NCBI GenBank assembly: GCA_016748015.1 | Contig: JAAOMT010000591.1 | Span: forward strand, 1,025,807-1,044,232 | Origin: Geosiphon pyriformis uo1 | Taxonomy: Eukaryota > Fungi > Glomeromycota | Direction of reading: 5' to 3' | Length of the DNA: 18,426 nt | In this document: piece by piece, positions 9,891 to 18,426 of the stretch | Position numbering within the stretch: the stretch's first letter is position 1 | How the letters are laid out: each line of letters begins with the position of its first letter | The notes under the pieces: model-generated | The model's input: only the letters and a program-made list of their open reading frames with translations | Told to the model about the DNA's origin: nothing | Databases searched by the model: none | Made by a program: the position numbers and the translations under genes

Positions 9891-10419
9891 TGAGACCAAC
9901 AAAATAGGGGTAATCAACATTACTCTTCACCACAGCAATCTTATTATTAACCATTACCACCAGCTTACTATCTACCAAGACCCCAATACCAAAATAACTA
10001 TTATCAGCCCGCCCCACAATCAATCCAACAGCAATACCAACAACCACTCACACAACATTATCAAGTACCTGCTCAAAGACTGATTACACAAAATCAATTC
10101 ACACCACAAAACCAGTACCAAGTAAACAACAGTAGAATCAGTTCAAACAACCAATTGGTTCCCCGAAATACCACTCAACCAAGATTCAACCATTACTACA
10201 CTCAACCCAGTTATTTAATAATGCAGGAAGAACAGGATTTTCACCATACTGCATCCTCGGAAAATAGAGCTACAGCACAACAACAACAAAACCCTTCTCA
10301 TAACCACACCACTATTCCACCAGCCCGAATTGCTGAAAACGCCAATCTCTCTGATATCTTTCCTTTTGAATTTGAAGCAAATGAATTACCATTCTTACTT
10401 AGCAATACAGCAGCTAATG

Positions 10420-10800
10420 AGCAAAAAGCCATCACTGCAATGTACGCAGAAGCTAAAGTAGAAGGAAAGCCAATTCACTTGATCCTAGACAGTGGATCTG
10501 CCGGAAGCATTATTACCTACCAGTTAATACAACAGTTGAAAAGAAATGTCGACCGACCAGCTCAAACAGTAATTGTCACTGCTGATGGCATGAAAAAGAC
10601 ACCAGTAGGAGAAATTGACAATTTTCCATTCACTCTTGATGGAATCACCATTCCAGTCAAAGTTCTTGTAATAGACGCACCCCAGTATCAAGCTCTTGTC
10701 GGAAATGATTGGCTTCAAAAAGCCAATGCTAATCTGAATTGGGAAACACAAGAGTTAACAATCTCCTACCAAGGACAACACGTCCAAGTACTTATCATTT
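10420..10800 (+). pseudogene. Aspartic protease (retropepsin) domain
   Basis: LILDSGSAGSII (catalytic Asp codon 10488-10490) and ALVGNDWL. Confidence 0.9.
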
Positions 10801-11019
10801 GTGGTACATTCAACAAATGCTCTGAAAAAGCCCCAGCTTTTGAATTTGAACCAGAAGAAGAAAAACCAATAATCAAAACATTCATGGCTCTTGGATCAAC
10901 GTCCAACTGGACCGATGAAACAGAACAAGAACATTTTACTCCACACACTAAACCCGAAACCTCTGGATGAAATATACCTTACTCAAAACCCAAACCAAGA
11001 AAACAACGCCCCTATATTC

Positions 11020-11640
11020 CCCTTAAATGTAAGGACTGCCACAAGAAACTATCGTCAATGGGAGCCTGCATTTCACTTGAAGAAAAATATGAAAATCATA
11101 CTTGTTATTACTGCAAGGCTTGCCACAAAGAGCGATGGGGCCATCTAATAAAAAAGAGCGGAAAATGGGACAACACTGCTTGTTTGACTTGTGGAGATAT
11201 GCTACCAGAAGAATGCAATTAGATTGATGTAGCAATGAGAGGAGGCATCTGTGATCAGACCTGCCAATATGCCTTATCAATTTCAGAAAAAATAAAAAGA
11301 GGAACACCCTTTAATGCAGCATACAACAGTGCTCTCAACAAACTTTATCACTATCCTCATGATGCCGAGATGATTTTCGACTTAGCAATGGCATTAATTA
11401 ATGGAGCTACCAAAGAAGATGTTCGTCAAATGAAGGAAGCAGAATACATTGAATACACTATAGAATTAGCTGGATTCGATTACGAAGATGAAGTAGAAGT
11501 CTACCACCAAATTGCAAGTCACACCTACCTGACCCAAGAAGCTCAAATTCAACAATTAGAGCAAATGAACATTAGGCTATGTGAAGAATGCATTATGCCT
11601 TGCGATGAACAATGGTGTCCCGAATGCTATGCTCTTAGTA
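11020..11640 (+). other. Cys-rich putative zinc-binding domain of unknown family inside pol
   Basis: Same frame: CKDC, CYYCKAC, CLTC, CDQTC, a helical acidic spacer, then CEECIMPCDEQWCPEC. Confidence 0.6.
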
Positions 11641-11749
11641 TCCCCTTGCCCAGCGGAAATAATGAGAATGAAATTGAATTTGGAGAACCTGAAAAAACGG
11701 AAGAAATTGAAACAACACCCATCTACCTTATCGAAAATCAGCCTGCCTT

Positions 11750-12180
11750 ACAACTTAAATACTTCAACAACAATGGACAAGGAATAAAACCTGAAAAAGC
11801 ACACGAAATTGATGCTGGATATGACCTAAGATATCCAGGCAAGGATACTCTTGTTCTCAAACCCAAATCTCTCACAAAAATCAACCTCAAAATTGCACTC
11901 GAAATCCCGCCAGGAGCAATGGTTCAAATCATCTCTCGGTCCTCTCTGGCAAGCAAAAGAATCAATGTCAGAGAAGGAATAATTGATGCTGGATACACTG
12001 GAGACATAACAGTGATGCTTCAAAATGAGACTGACAAACCATTTAAGATCGAACATGCTAAAAAAATTGCCCAAGCTATTTACCTACCCTTAATCAACAT
12101 TTTGGGTTTGCAACTAGTCAATCAAAGAGAACAATTAGAAAAAAGCAATAGAGGAACCCAAGGTTTTGGTTCAACTGGAC
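11750..12180 (+). pseudogene. dut: Trimeric dUTPase domain within pol
   Basis: All five motifs in order: DAGYDL (1), SRSS (2), GIIDAGYTGDI (3), KIAQ (4), RGTQGFGSTG (5). Confidence 0.92.
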
Positions 12181-12699
12181 GATTCACAGTTCCAGTTAAT
12201 ATAGCTCTTAACACACAGAATGAATCCCACCAGATTCTCAGACTTCTACAACCGATTACCATCTTACCTTTTGGAGAACATCCAGAAATTTACATTTGCA
12301 CAAAACCAACAACCACACAACAAATTTTTGAGTCCAATGAACAAGTCTGCTTGGAACATAATATTTTGATCCCAAACATTTATATTTCAGAAAGAACAAA
12401 AAAAGTCCAAGTTACTTTTTACAACCCCAATAATTACTCCATAATTTTATTAAACAATTTAGAAATTGGAGTTATTCACAGTAATATATTTCAACAAGAA
12501 TTACTCCAAACAGTCCCTGATTTTTCTGAAATTATTGGACATTCACTACTGAAAATCAACCCAAACCCTAGCTCTGAAAACTACCATATTGTCATGGAAA
12601 AATTATCTCGAATCAACATGGGACAACTTGAACTACAACAACAGACCCAGCTCAAAGAACTAATTGCAGAATTTGCTGATATCTTCACCGAAAACAACA

Positions 12700-14160
12700 A
12701 TGACTTAGGAAGAACTGATTTGGTTCAACACCAAATCTATACAGGAGATGCCAAACCCAGGCGACAACAAGCCTACCGAGTTGCTCCAAAAAGTCACCAA
12801 TTTATCTGAGAAGAAGTACAATGGATGCTTAACAATGGGCTTATTCAATCATTAATGAGCCCATGGGCCTCACCTGTGGTTCTAGTTAAAAAGAAAAATG
12901 GAAAGATACGATTTTGTGTTGATTACCGACAACTCAACAGTGTCACCATTGGAGATGCCTACCCTCTTCCCCAAATTGATGACATGTTGGATGCCCTTGA
13001 AAAGTCCAAATACTTTTCAACATTAGATTTAGAGAGTGGATACTGGCAAGTTGCTATGGATCCCAAAGACCGCCCCAAAACAGCATTCACCACTCAAGGA
13101 GGAAATTACGAGTTCAATGTAATGCCTTTCGAATTATGCAATACACCAACAACATTTCAAAGACTCATGGATGTTGTTTACAAAGGCCTCCTTTGGAAAT
13201 CAGTAGTAGTTTATCTTGATGACACTAATGTTTATTCACCATCTTTCGAGCTACATTTAATTCACCTGCGAGAAGTTTTTCAACGATTACAGAAAGCAGG
13301 ATTGAAACTGAACATTGAAAAATNNNNNNNNNNNNNNNNNNNNNNNNNNNNNNNNNNNNNNNNNNNNNNNNNNNNNNNNNNNNNNNNNNNNNNNNNNNNN
13401 NNNNNNNNNNNNNNNNNNNNNNNNNNNNNNNNNNNNNNNNNNNNNNNNNNNNNNNNNNNNNNNNNNNNNNNNNNNNNNNNNNNNNNNNNNNNNNNNNNNN
13501 NNNNNNNNNNNNNNNNNNNNNNNNNNNNNNNNNNNNNNNNNNNNNNNNNNNNNNNNNNNNNNNNNNNNNNNNNNNNNNNNNNNNNNCAAGTTGCTATGGA
13601 TCCCAAAGACCGCCCCAAAACAGCATTCACCACTCAAGGAGGAAATTACGAGTTCAATGTAATGCCTTTCGAATTATGCAATACACCAACAACATTTCAA
13701 AGACTCATGGATGTTGTTTACAAAGGCCTCCTTTGGAAATCAGTAGTAGTTTATCTTGATGACACTAATGTTTATTCACCATCTTTCGAGCTACATTTAA
13801 TTCACCTGCGAGAAGTTTTTCAACGATTACAGAAAGCAGGATTGAAACTGAACATTGAAAAATGCTACTTTGGAAAGACGAGTTTAGCTTTTCTTGGTCA
13901 CATTGTTAGCAAAAATGGAATTAAACCAGACCCTGGAAAAATTAGTACTGTCAAAAACTTCAAGACTCCACGAAATACCACAGAATTAAGAGGATTTATT
14001 AAATTAGCATCCTATTACCAAAAATTCATCAAAAAATTCTCAGAAATTGCAAAACCCTTCAACCAGCTCACTACAAAAAATGTCAAATACAAATGGACAA
14101 AAGAACACCAAAATGTCTTCGAGATACTCAAGAAAAAACTCACAACAGCCCCAATTCTTG
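12700..14160 (+). pseudogene. Ty3/gypsy reverse transcriptase
   Basis: SPWASPVVLVKKKNG, RFCVDYRQLN, YFSTLDLESGYWQ, KTAFTT, VMPF, YLDD, FLGHIVS. Includes an artefactual duplication across gap 13324-13586. Confidence 0.95.
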
Positions 14161-14550
14161 CCTACCCAGACTTCAGCAACCAATTCCAGTTAGCAACTGA
14201 TGCTTTTTATACTGTTTTTGGTGCCATCCTATCACAGTTAGATGACAATGGAAATGAGCGAGTAATTGCTTATACTAGTAGAACATTAAAGCCAGCCAAA
14301 AAGAACTACCCTGCAACAGAATTAGAAACCGCAGTAGTAATCTGGGCTCTACATCACTTCAACCTTTACCTCAGGCCTAAAAAATTCGATATTATTACTA
14401 ATAATATTGGACTTAAATGGCTTCAAAACAAAAACACCCAGCTGAATGCAAAACAAATCCAATGAACAGAATTTTTAGCTAATTACCAATACATCGTACA
14501 CCACAAATCAGGAAAACTTCACACCAACATTGATTGTTTCTCAAGAATAA
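14161..14550 (+). pseudogene. Ty3/gypsy RNase H
   Basis: FQLATDA, GAILSQ, NYPATELE, WALHHF, and ITNN(=ITDH)- and NIDC(=NAD)-like motifs. Confidence 0.88.
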
Positions 14551-14609
14551 GGCAAGATTAGAAACAAAACCAACACCTATTTGAATTAACAGCATCAAAA
14601 CAACAAACA

Positions 14610-14836
14610 ATGAACCCCGAAAACTACAACAATCTCAAACAATATTTGGAGACATTAACAATTCCAACAGATTGGTCCCCAGACAAAAAACATCAGTTAC
14701 AACAACAAGCCAAACAATATTTTCTACACAACAACATTATCTATCATCGAAATTTCAAAAACCCAACCAAACTACTCAGATTAATACAAGAACAAGAAAA
14801 AGAGACCATTTTATACAACATGCACTCGGATCTTTC
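14610..14836 (+). pseudogene. Probable integrase N-terminal region (leading into the HHCC zinc domain; rest lost in gap)
   Basis: Position after RNase H. YFLHNNIIY...LRLI...KETILYNMHSD resembles the segment before the first His of gypsy integrase zinc fingers. The DDE core is not visible. Confidence 0.65.
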
Positions 14837-15354
14837 NNNNNNNNNNNNNNNNNNNNNNNNNNNNNNNNNNNNNNNNNNNNNNNNNNNNNNNNNNNNNNNN
14901 NNNNNNNNNNNNNNNNNNNNNNNNNNNNNNNNNNNNNNNNNNNNNNNNNNNNNNNNNNNNNNNNNNNNNNNNNNNNNNNNNNNNNNNNNNNNNNNNNNNN
15001 NNNNNNNNNNNNNNNNNNNNNNNNNNNNNNNNNNNNNNNNNNNNNNNNNNNNNNNNNNNNNNNNNNNNNNNNNNNNNNNNNNNNNNNNNNNNNNNNNNNN
15101 NNNNNNNNNNNNNNNNNNNNNNNNNNNNNNNNNNNNNNNNNNNNNNNNNNNNNNNNNNNNNNNNNNNNNNNNNNNNNNNNNNNNNNNNNNNNNNNNNNNN
15201 NNNNNNNNNNNNNNNNNNNNNNNNNNNNNNNNNNNNNNNNNNNNNNNNNNNNNNNNNNNNNNNNNNNNNNNNNNNNNNNNNNNNNNNNNNNNNNNNNNNN
15301 NNNNNNNNNNNNNNNNNNNNNNNNNNNNNNNNNNNNNNNNNNNNNNNNNNNNNN

Positions 15355-15411
<57 letters not shown>
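15355..15411 (+). repeat. Poly(A) tract (57 A visible, abuts gap)
   Basis: Direct observation. Confidence 0.85.
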
Positions 15412-15412
<1 letters not shown>

Positions 15413-15474
15413 AAAAACAAAAATAACATAAAAACCCATACACCAAAAATAATTTTTTTATTCAATTGCTTATA

Positions 15475-16194
15475 ATGACTATTCCTCAAAACATTCAACA
15501 ATTATCCCAAAAACTAATGTTAGCTTTAAAAACAATACCCGAATTATCCATTACTGTTACTGGAAACCACATAAATTATACCCAAACAGAAGTAGTTACA
15601 AATTCAGCCCCAAATTCACGAAAATATCACCCGTATAAAAAGAACACAAGAAGTTATACTGGAATTCACCTGCCAGAACTTTTAAAACCTGCCTTAAGAG
15701 AAAACCTAATGCTCACTCCGATTAGTATTCCACCAAATGCTACAATTCAACAAAAACTTCAACTGTGTCTCAAGGAGGAAAACACTGAATATCCTCCAAT
15801 CTATAGATATTTTCACATTGGAAAAACACTCTATGAACGGAAACTGGAACTTACAACAGCAAACCTCACAAAAGAAGCTATTCAGAAACAACTCCACAAT
15901 GAATTCAAGACAACAGTTGGATCAACAAACAGTCACTACAGGCTTAGAGCTGCTCTTAGACTTTATGACCTATTCCACACCTGTGAAAACATACTACAAA
16001 ACCCAATTTTTCAACCTTTGAAGATTCAATACATTGGAAAGCTCACAAAACTGAAATTTCAACAATTTTCAGACCAAATTTATTCAATAATTTTGGATTA
16101 TTATCTGGAAATAACAGACAGTACTTGGACTTCGATGGAGCTCAGTCTTGAGGAGGAGGTTATGTTACCAGACGAAATTAGAGATATTATTTAG
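15475..16194 (+). CDS. Additional ORF of unknown function (239 aa from ATG) between pol and 3' LTR
   Basis: Uninterrupted frame MTIPQNIQQL...EEEVMLPDEIRDII*. No obvious signal peptide or TM segment. Overlaps the PPT and the first 32 nt of the LTR. Confidence 0.65.
   Translation: MTIPQNIQQLSQKLMLALKTIPELSITVTGNHINYTQTEVVTNSAPNSRKYHPYKKNTRSYTGIHLPELLKPALRENLMLTPISIPPNATIQQKLQLCLKEENTEYPPIYRYFHIGKTLYERKLELTTANLTKEAIQKQLHNEFKTTVGSTNSHYRLRAALRLYDLFHTCENILQNPIFQPLKIQYIGKLTKLKFQQFSDQIYSIILDYYLEITDSTWTSMELSLEEEVMLPDEIRDII
16150..16159 (+). other. Polypurine tract (PPT)
   Basis: GAGGAGGAGG, 3 nt upstream of the 3' LTR TG. Confidence 0.85.
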
Positions 16195-17141
16195 CATGAA
16201 ATTATTTTATAATTCCTATCATTAATTAGCATATATATTATCATTTTGATCACTTATTATATTAACAAAAAATGTCCAAAATTATCATTTAATTAATAAC
16301 CCAAATTGTACACAACACCAATGTAACCTAATTGCAATGATCAATCATGCAATACTCCGAACTATGTAACATTCAAAAAGTTCACCGAAATTTGTAGAAA
16401 TTCGCCAAAATAATTGATAGTTCACCGAAATATCTAATAGTTTGCCGAAATAACTTATAGTTTGCCAAAATGTATCTTTAGTTCAGCAAAATCATAGAAA
16501 ATAGCAAAGTTCGAATTCATAGAATGGTGTTATGACAAGTTGTATAAAAGAAAAACTTCTCTCTTTGAGAAAATGTATCTTACTTTAGATTTATCTCTTA
16601 GAACCATTCCTATACACACAAAAAGAAATAAATATCAAATAATTCGAAAAACCAAATTTTTTAATTATTGCACTTGAAAAATTCCCAAAACCCAACTAAC
16701 ATTTCGAAATTAATTAGCTACCAATTTCAGTAAACTGTTAGTAACTCCAGACCTGGATAGAAAACGTTTCCCTTGATAAAATCCTATTTTTTTTACATTT
16801 TTTTTATTTTTTTTTCTTTTCTTATTACAATTATTAGGGTAGCCTACAGATGAGATTCCTGTAGAAAAGTTGACTTTCACAGCAAAGTAACTACACATTT
16901 TTAGTGAGCTTTCAGACGAGCAATTCCTGGGAAAGAGTTGACGTTTACTACAACGTAATTACATAAAGCAACTGGCATGGAACTGGTCATTCCACTTATA
17001 AGCCCAGCAAGTTCAAATTATAGGAGATAATTTGAAGATAAATTCAGTTACTGGAGGTTCAACCACATCCGGAAAACGTGAATTCACAGCAAATAAGTAT
17101 CAACAACATTACAGAAAAGAGACCAAAAACCTCCAGTAACA
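16163..17141 (+). repeat. 3' LTR of copy C (~979 bp), containing the 20-bp array at 16379-16491
   Basis: TGTTACCAGA ... TCCAGTAACA. Preceded by the PPT and not followed by a PBS. Confidence 0.93.
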
Positions 17142-17375
17142 GCAAACTACAAGTTATTTCTACGAACTATTAGATATTTCAGTGAACTATTCAATTATTT
17201 TGGCAAATTTCTACAAATTTCAGTGAACTTTTAAATGTTACATAGTTCGGGGTATTATATAATTGATTATTACAGTTAGGTTATATTTGTATTATGTACA
17301 AATTGGGTTATCAATTAAATAATAATTTCAGATATTTTGCTAATATAATAAGTGATACTTTGAAACAATAATATA
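17142..17375 (-). repeat. Inverted, more diverged fragment of the same LTR family (interrupted by copy C)
   Basis: Aligns to ~2803-3037 (gcaaactacaagttattt...tgaaacaataatata). Confidence 0.85.
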
Positions 17376-17395
17376 NNNNNNNNNNNNNNNNNNNN

Positions 17396-18426
17396 AATGT
17401 TCGAAATTATCATTTAATTAATAACCCAAATTGTACACAACACCAATGTAACCTAATTGCAATGATCAATCATGCAATACCCCGAACTATGTAACATTCA
17501 AAAAGTTTGCCGAAATTTGTAGAAATTTGCCAAAATAATTGATAGTTCACTGAAATATCTAATAGTTTGCCAAAATAACTTATAGTTTGCCGAAATGTAT
17601 CTTTAGTTCAGCAAAATCATAGAAAATAGCAAAGTTCGAGTTCATAGAATGGTGTTATGACAAGTTGTATAAAAGAAAAACTTCTCTCTTTGAGAAAATG
17701 TATCTTACTTTAGATTTATCTCTTAGAACCATTCCTATATACACAAAAAGAAATAAATATCAAATAATTCAAAAAACCAAATTCTTTAATTATTGCACTT
17801 GGAAAATCCCCAAAATCCAACTAACATTTCGAAATTGATTAGCTACCAATTTCAGTAAACTGTTAGTGACTCCAGGCCTGGATAGAAAACGTTTCCCTTG
17901 ATAAAATCCTATTTCTTTTACACTTCTTTTATTTTTCTTTTCTTTTCTTATTACAATCATTAGGGTAGCCTACAGACGAGATTTCTGTAGAAGAGTTGAC
18001 TTTCACAGCAAAGTAACTACATATTTTTAGTGAGCTTCCAGACAAGCAATTCCTGGAAAAAAGTTGATGTTTACTACAACGTAACTACATAAAGCAACTG
18101 GCACGGAATTGGCCATTCCACTTATAAGTCCAGCAAGTTCAAATTATAGGAGATAATTTGAAGATAAATTCAGTTACTGGAGGTTCAACCACATCCGGAA
18201 AACGTGAATTCACAGCAAATAAGTATCAACAACATTACAGAAAAGAGACCAAAAACCTCTGGTAACATTTGGTGCTCTCCCACGGAAATAACACAGCAAA
18301 AACAAATTCAAAGTGGCGACCACACCAGACACAACAACTCTAGAGTATTACCAATCAATTTACACCCACTGCAAGCAAAGATTCAACATTCCAGATGGAA
18401 TTGAAGTTGTCAAGAAATCAGTATAC
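17396..18426 (+). mobile_element. Ty3/gypsy copy E: 5' LTR (17396-18267, start in gap), PBS (18270-18285), start of gag frame (18313-, runs off window)
   Basis: LTR homology ending TCTGGTAACA, PBS TGGTGCTCTCCCACGG, then VATTPDTTTLEYYQ. The array lies at 17504-17616. Confidence 0.9.

Larger units (their letters stand above)
8865..14836 (+). pseudogene. gag-pol: gag-pol polyprotein in a single reading frame, broken by in-frame stops and gaps
   Basis: ORFs 8865, 10155, 11235, 12825 and 14610 all start in the same frame, and the segments between them read through as single-transition stops. Confidence 0.9.
8640..17141 (+). mobile_element. Ty3/gypsy copy C, near full length (partial 5' LTR, PBS, gag-pol with dUTPase, extra ORF, PPT, 3' LTR); may be a composite across gaps
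   Basis: Domain order gag-PR-(dUTPase)-RT-RH-IN is diagnostic of Ty3/gypsy. Bounded by LTR sequence. Three internal N-gaps. Confidence 0.9.

Noticed and set aside
13047-13863. Apparent tandem duplication of the RT core (two YLDD motifs)
   Set aside because: 13047-13323 and 13587-13863 appear identical and flank an N-gap. This is an unmerged contig overlap, not a double RT.
14610-15501. Poly-Lys/poly-Phe ORFs
   Set aside because: Artefacts of translating through the N-gap and the poly(A) tract.
15475-16194. env gene
   Set aside because: No signal peptide, transmembrane helix or clear furin/fusion peptide is visible.
7081-17141. Single intact 10-kb element with a standard TSD
   Set aside because: No 4-6-bp TSD (AACGC vs GCAAA), unrelated flanks, and an internal second LTR end and PBS at 8640-8837.

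Overview
Eukaryotic, AT-rich, repeat-saturated scaffold segment with six N-gaps and no host gene. The gene content looks fungal; an early-diverging lineage such as Glomeromycotina is my guess and cannot be proven from this window. It is a nest of at least four or five copies or fragments of one Ty3/gypsy (Metaviridae-like) LTR retrotransposon family. The family has ~980-bp LTRs with TGTTAC...GTAACA ends, a tRNA primer-binding site (PBS) TGGTGCTCTCCCACGG and a polypurine tract (PPT) GAGGAGGAGG. Two copies sit head-to-head around a ~4-kb decayed LINE ORF2 (APE endonuclease-RT-RNase H, 3107-7080). The gypsy family is unusually cargo-rich. One reading frame carries an AUG-less ~244-codon N-terminal extension, gag/CCHC, a Q/N-rich tract, an aspartic protease, a novel multi-CxxC Cys-rich domain, a dUTPase, RT, RNase H and the start of an integrase. 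After these come a poly(A) tract and an extra non-env ORF that runs through the PPT into the 3' LTR. The LTR holds a 20-bp-phased array of a palindromic TTCGCCGAA motif. All three visible outer junctions are flanked by GC. Both element types are inactivated almost solely by C>T/G>A transitions, without frameshifts.
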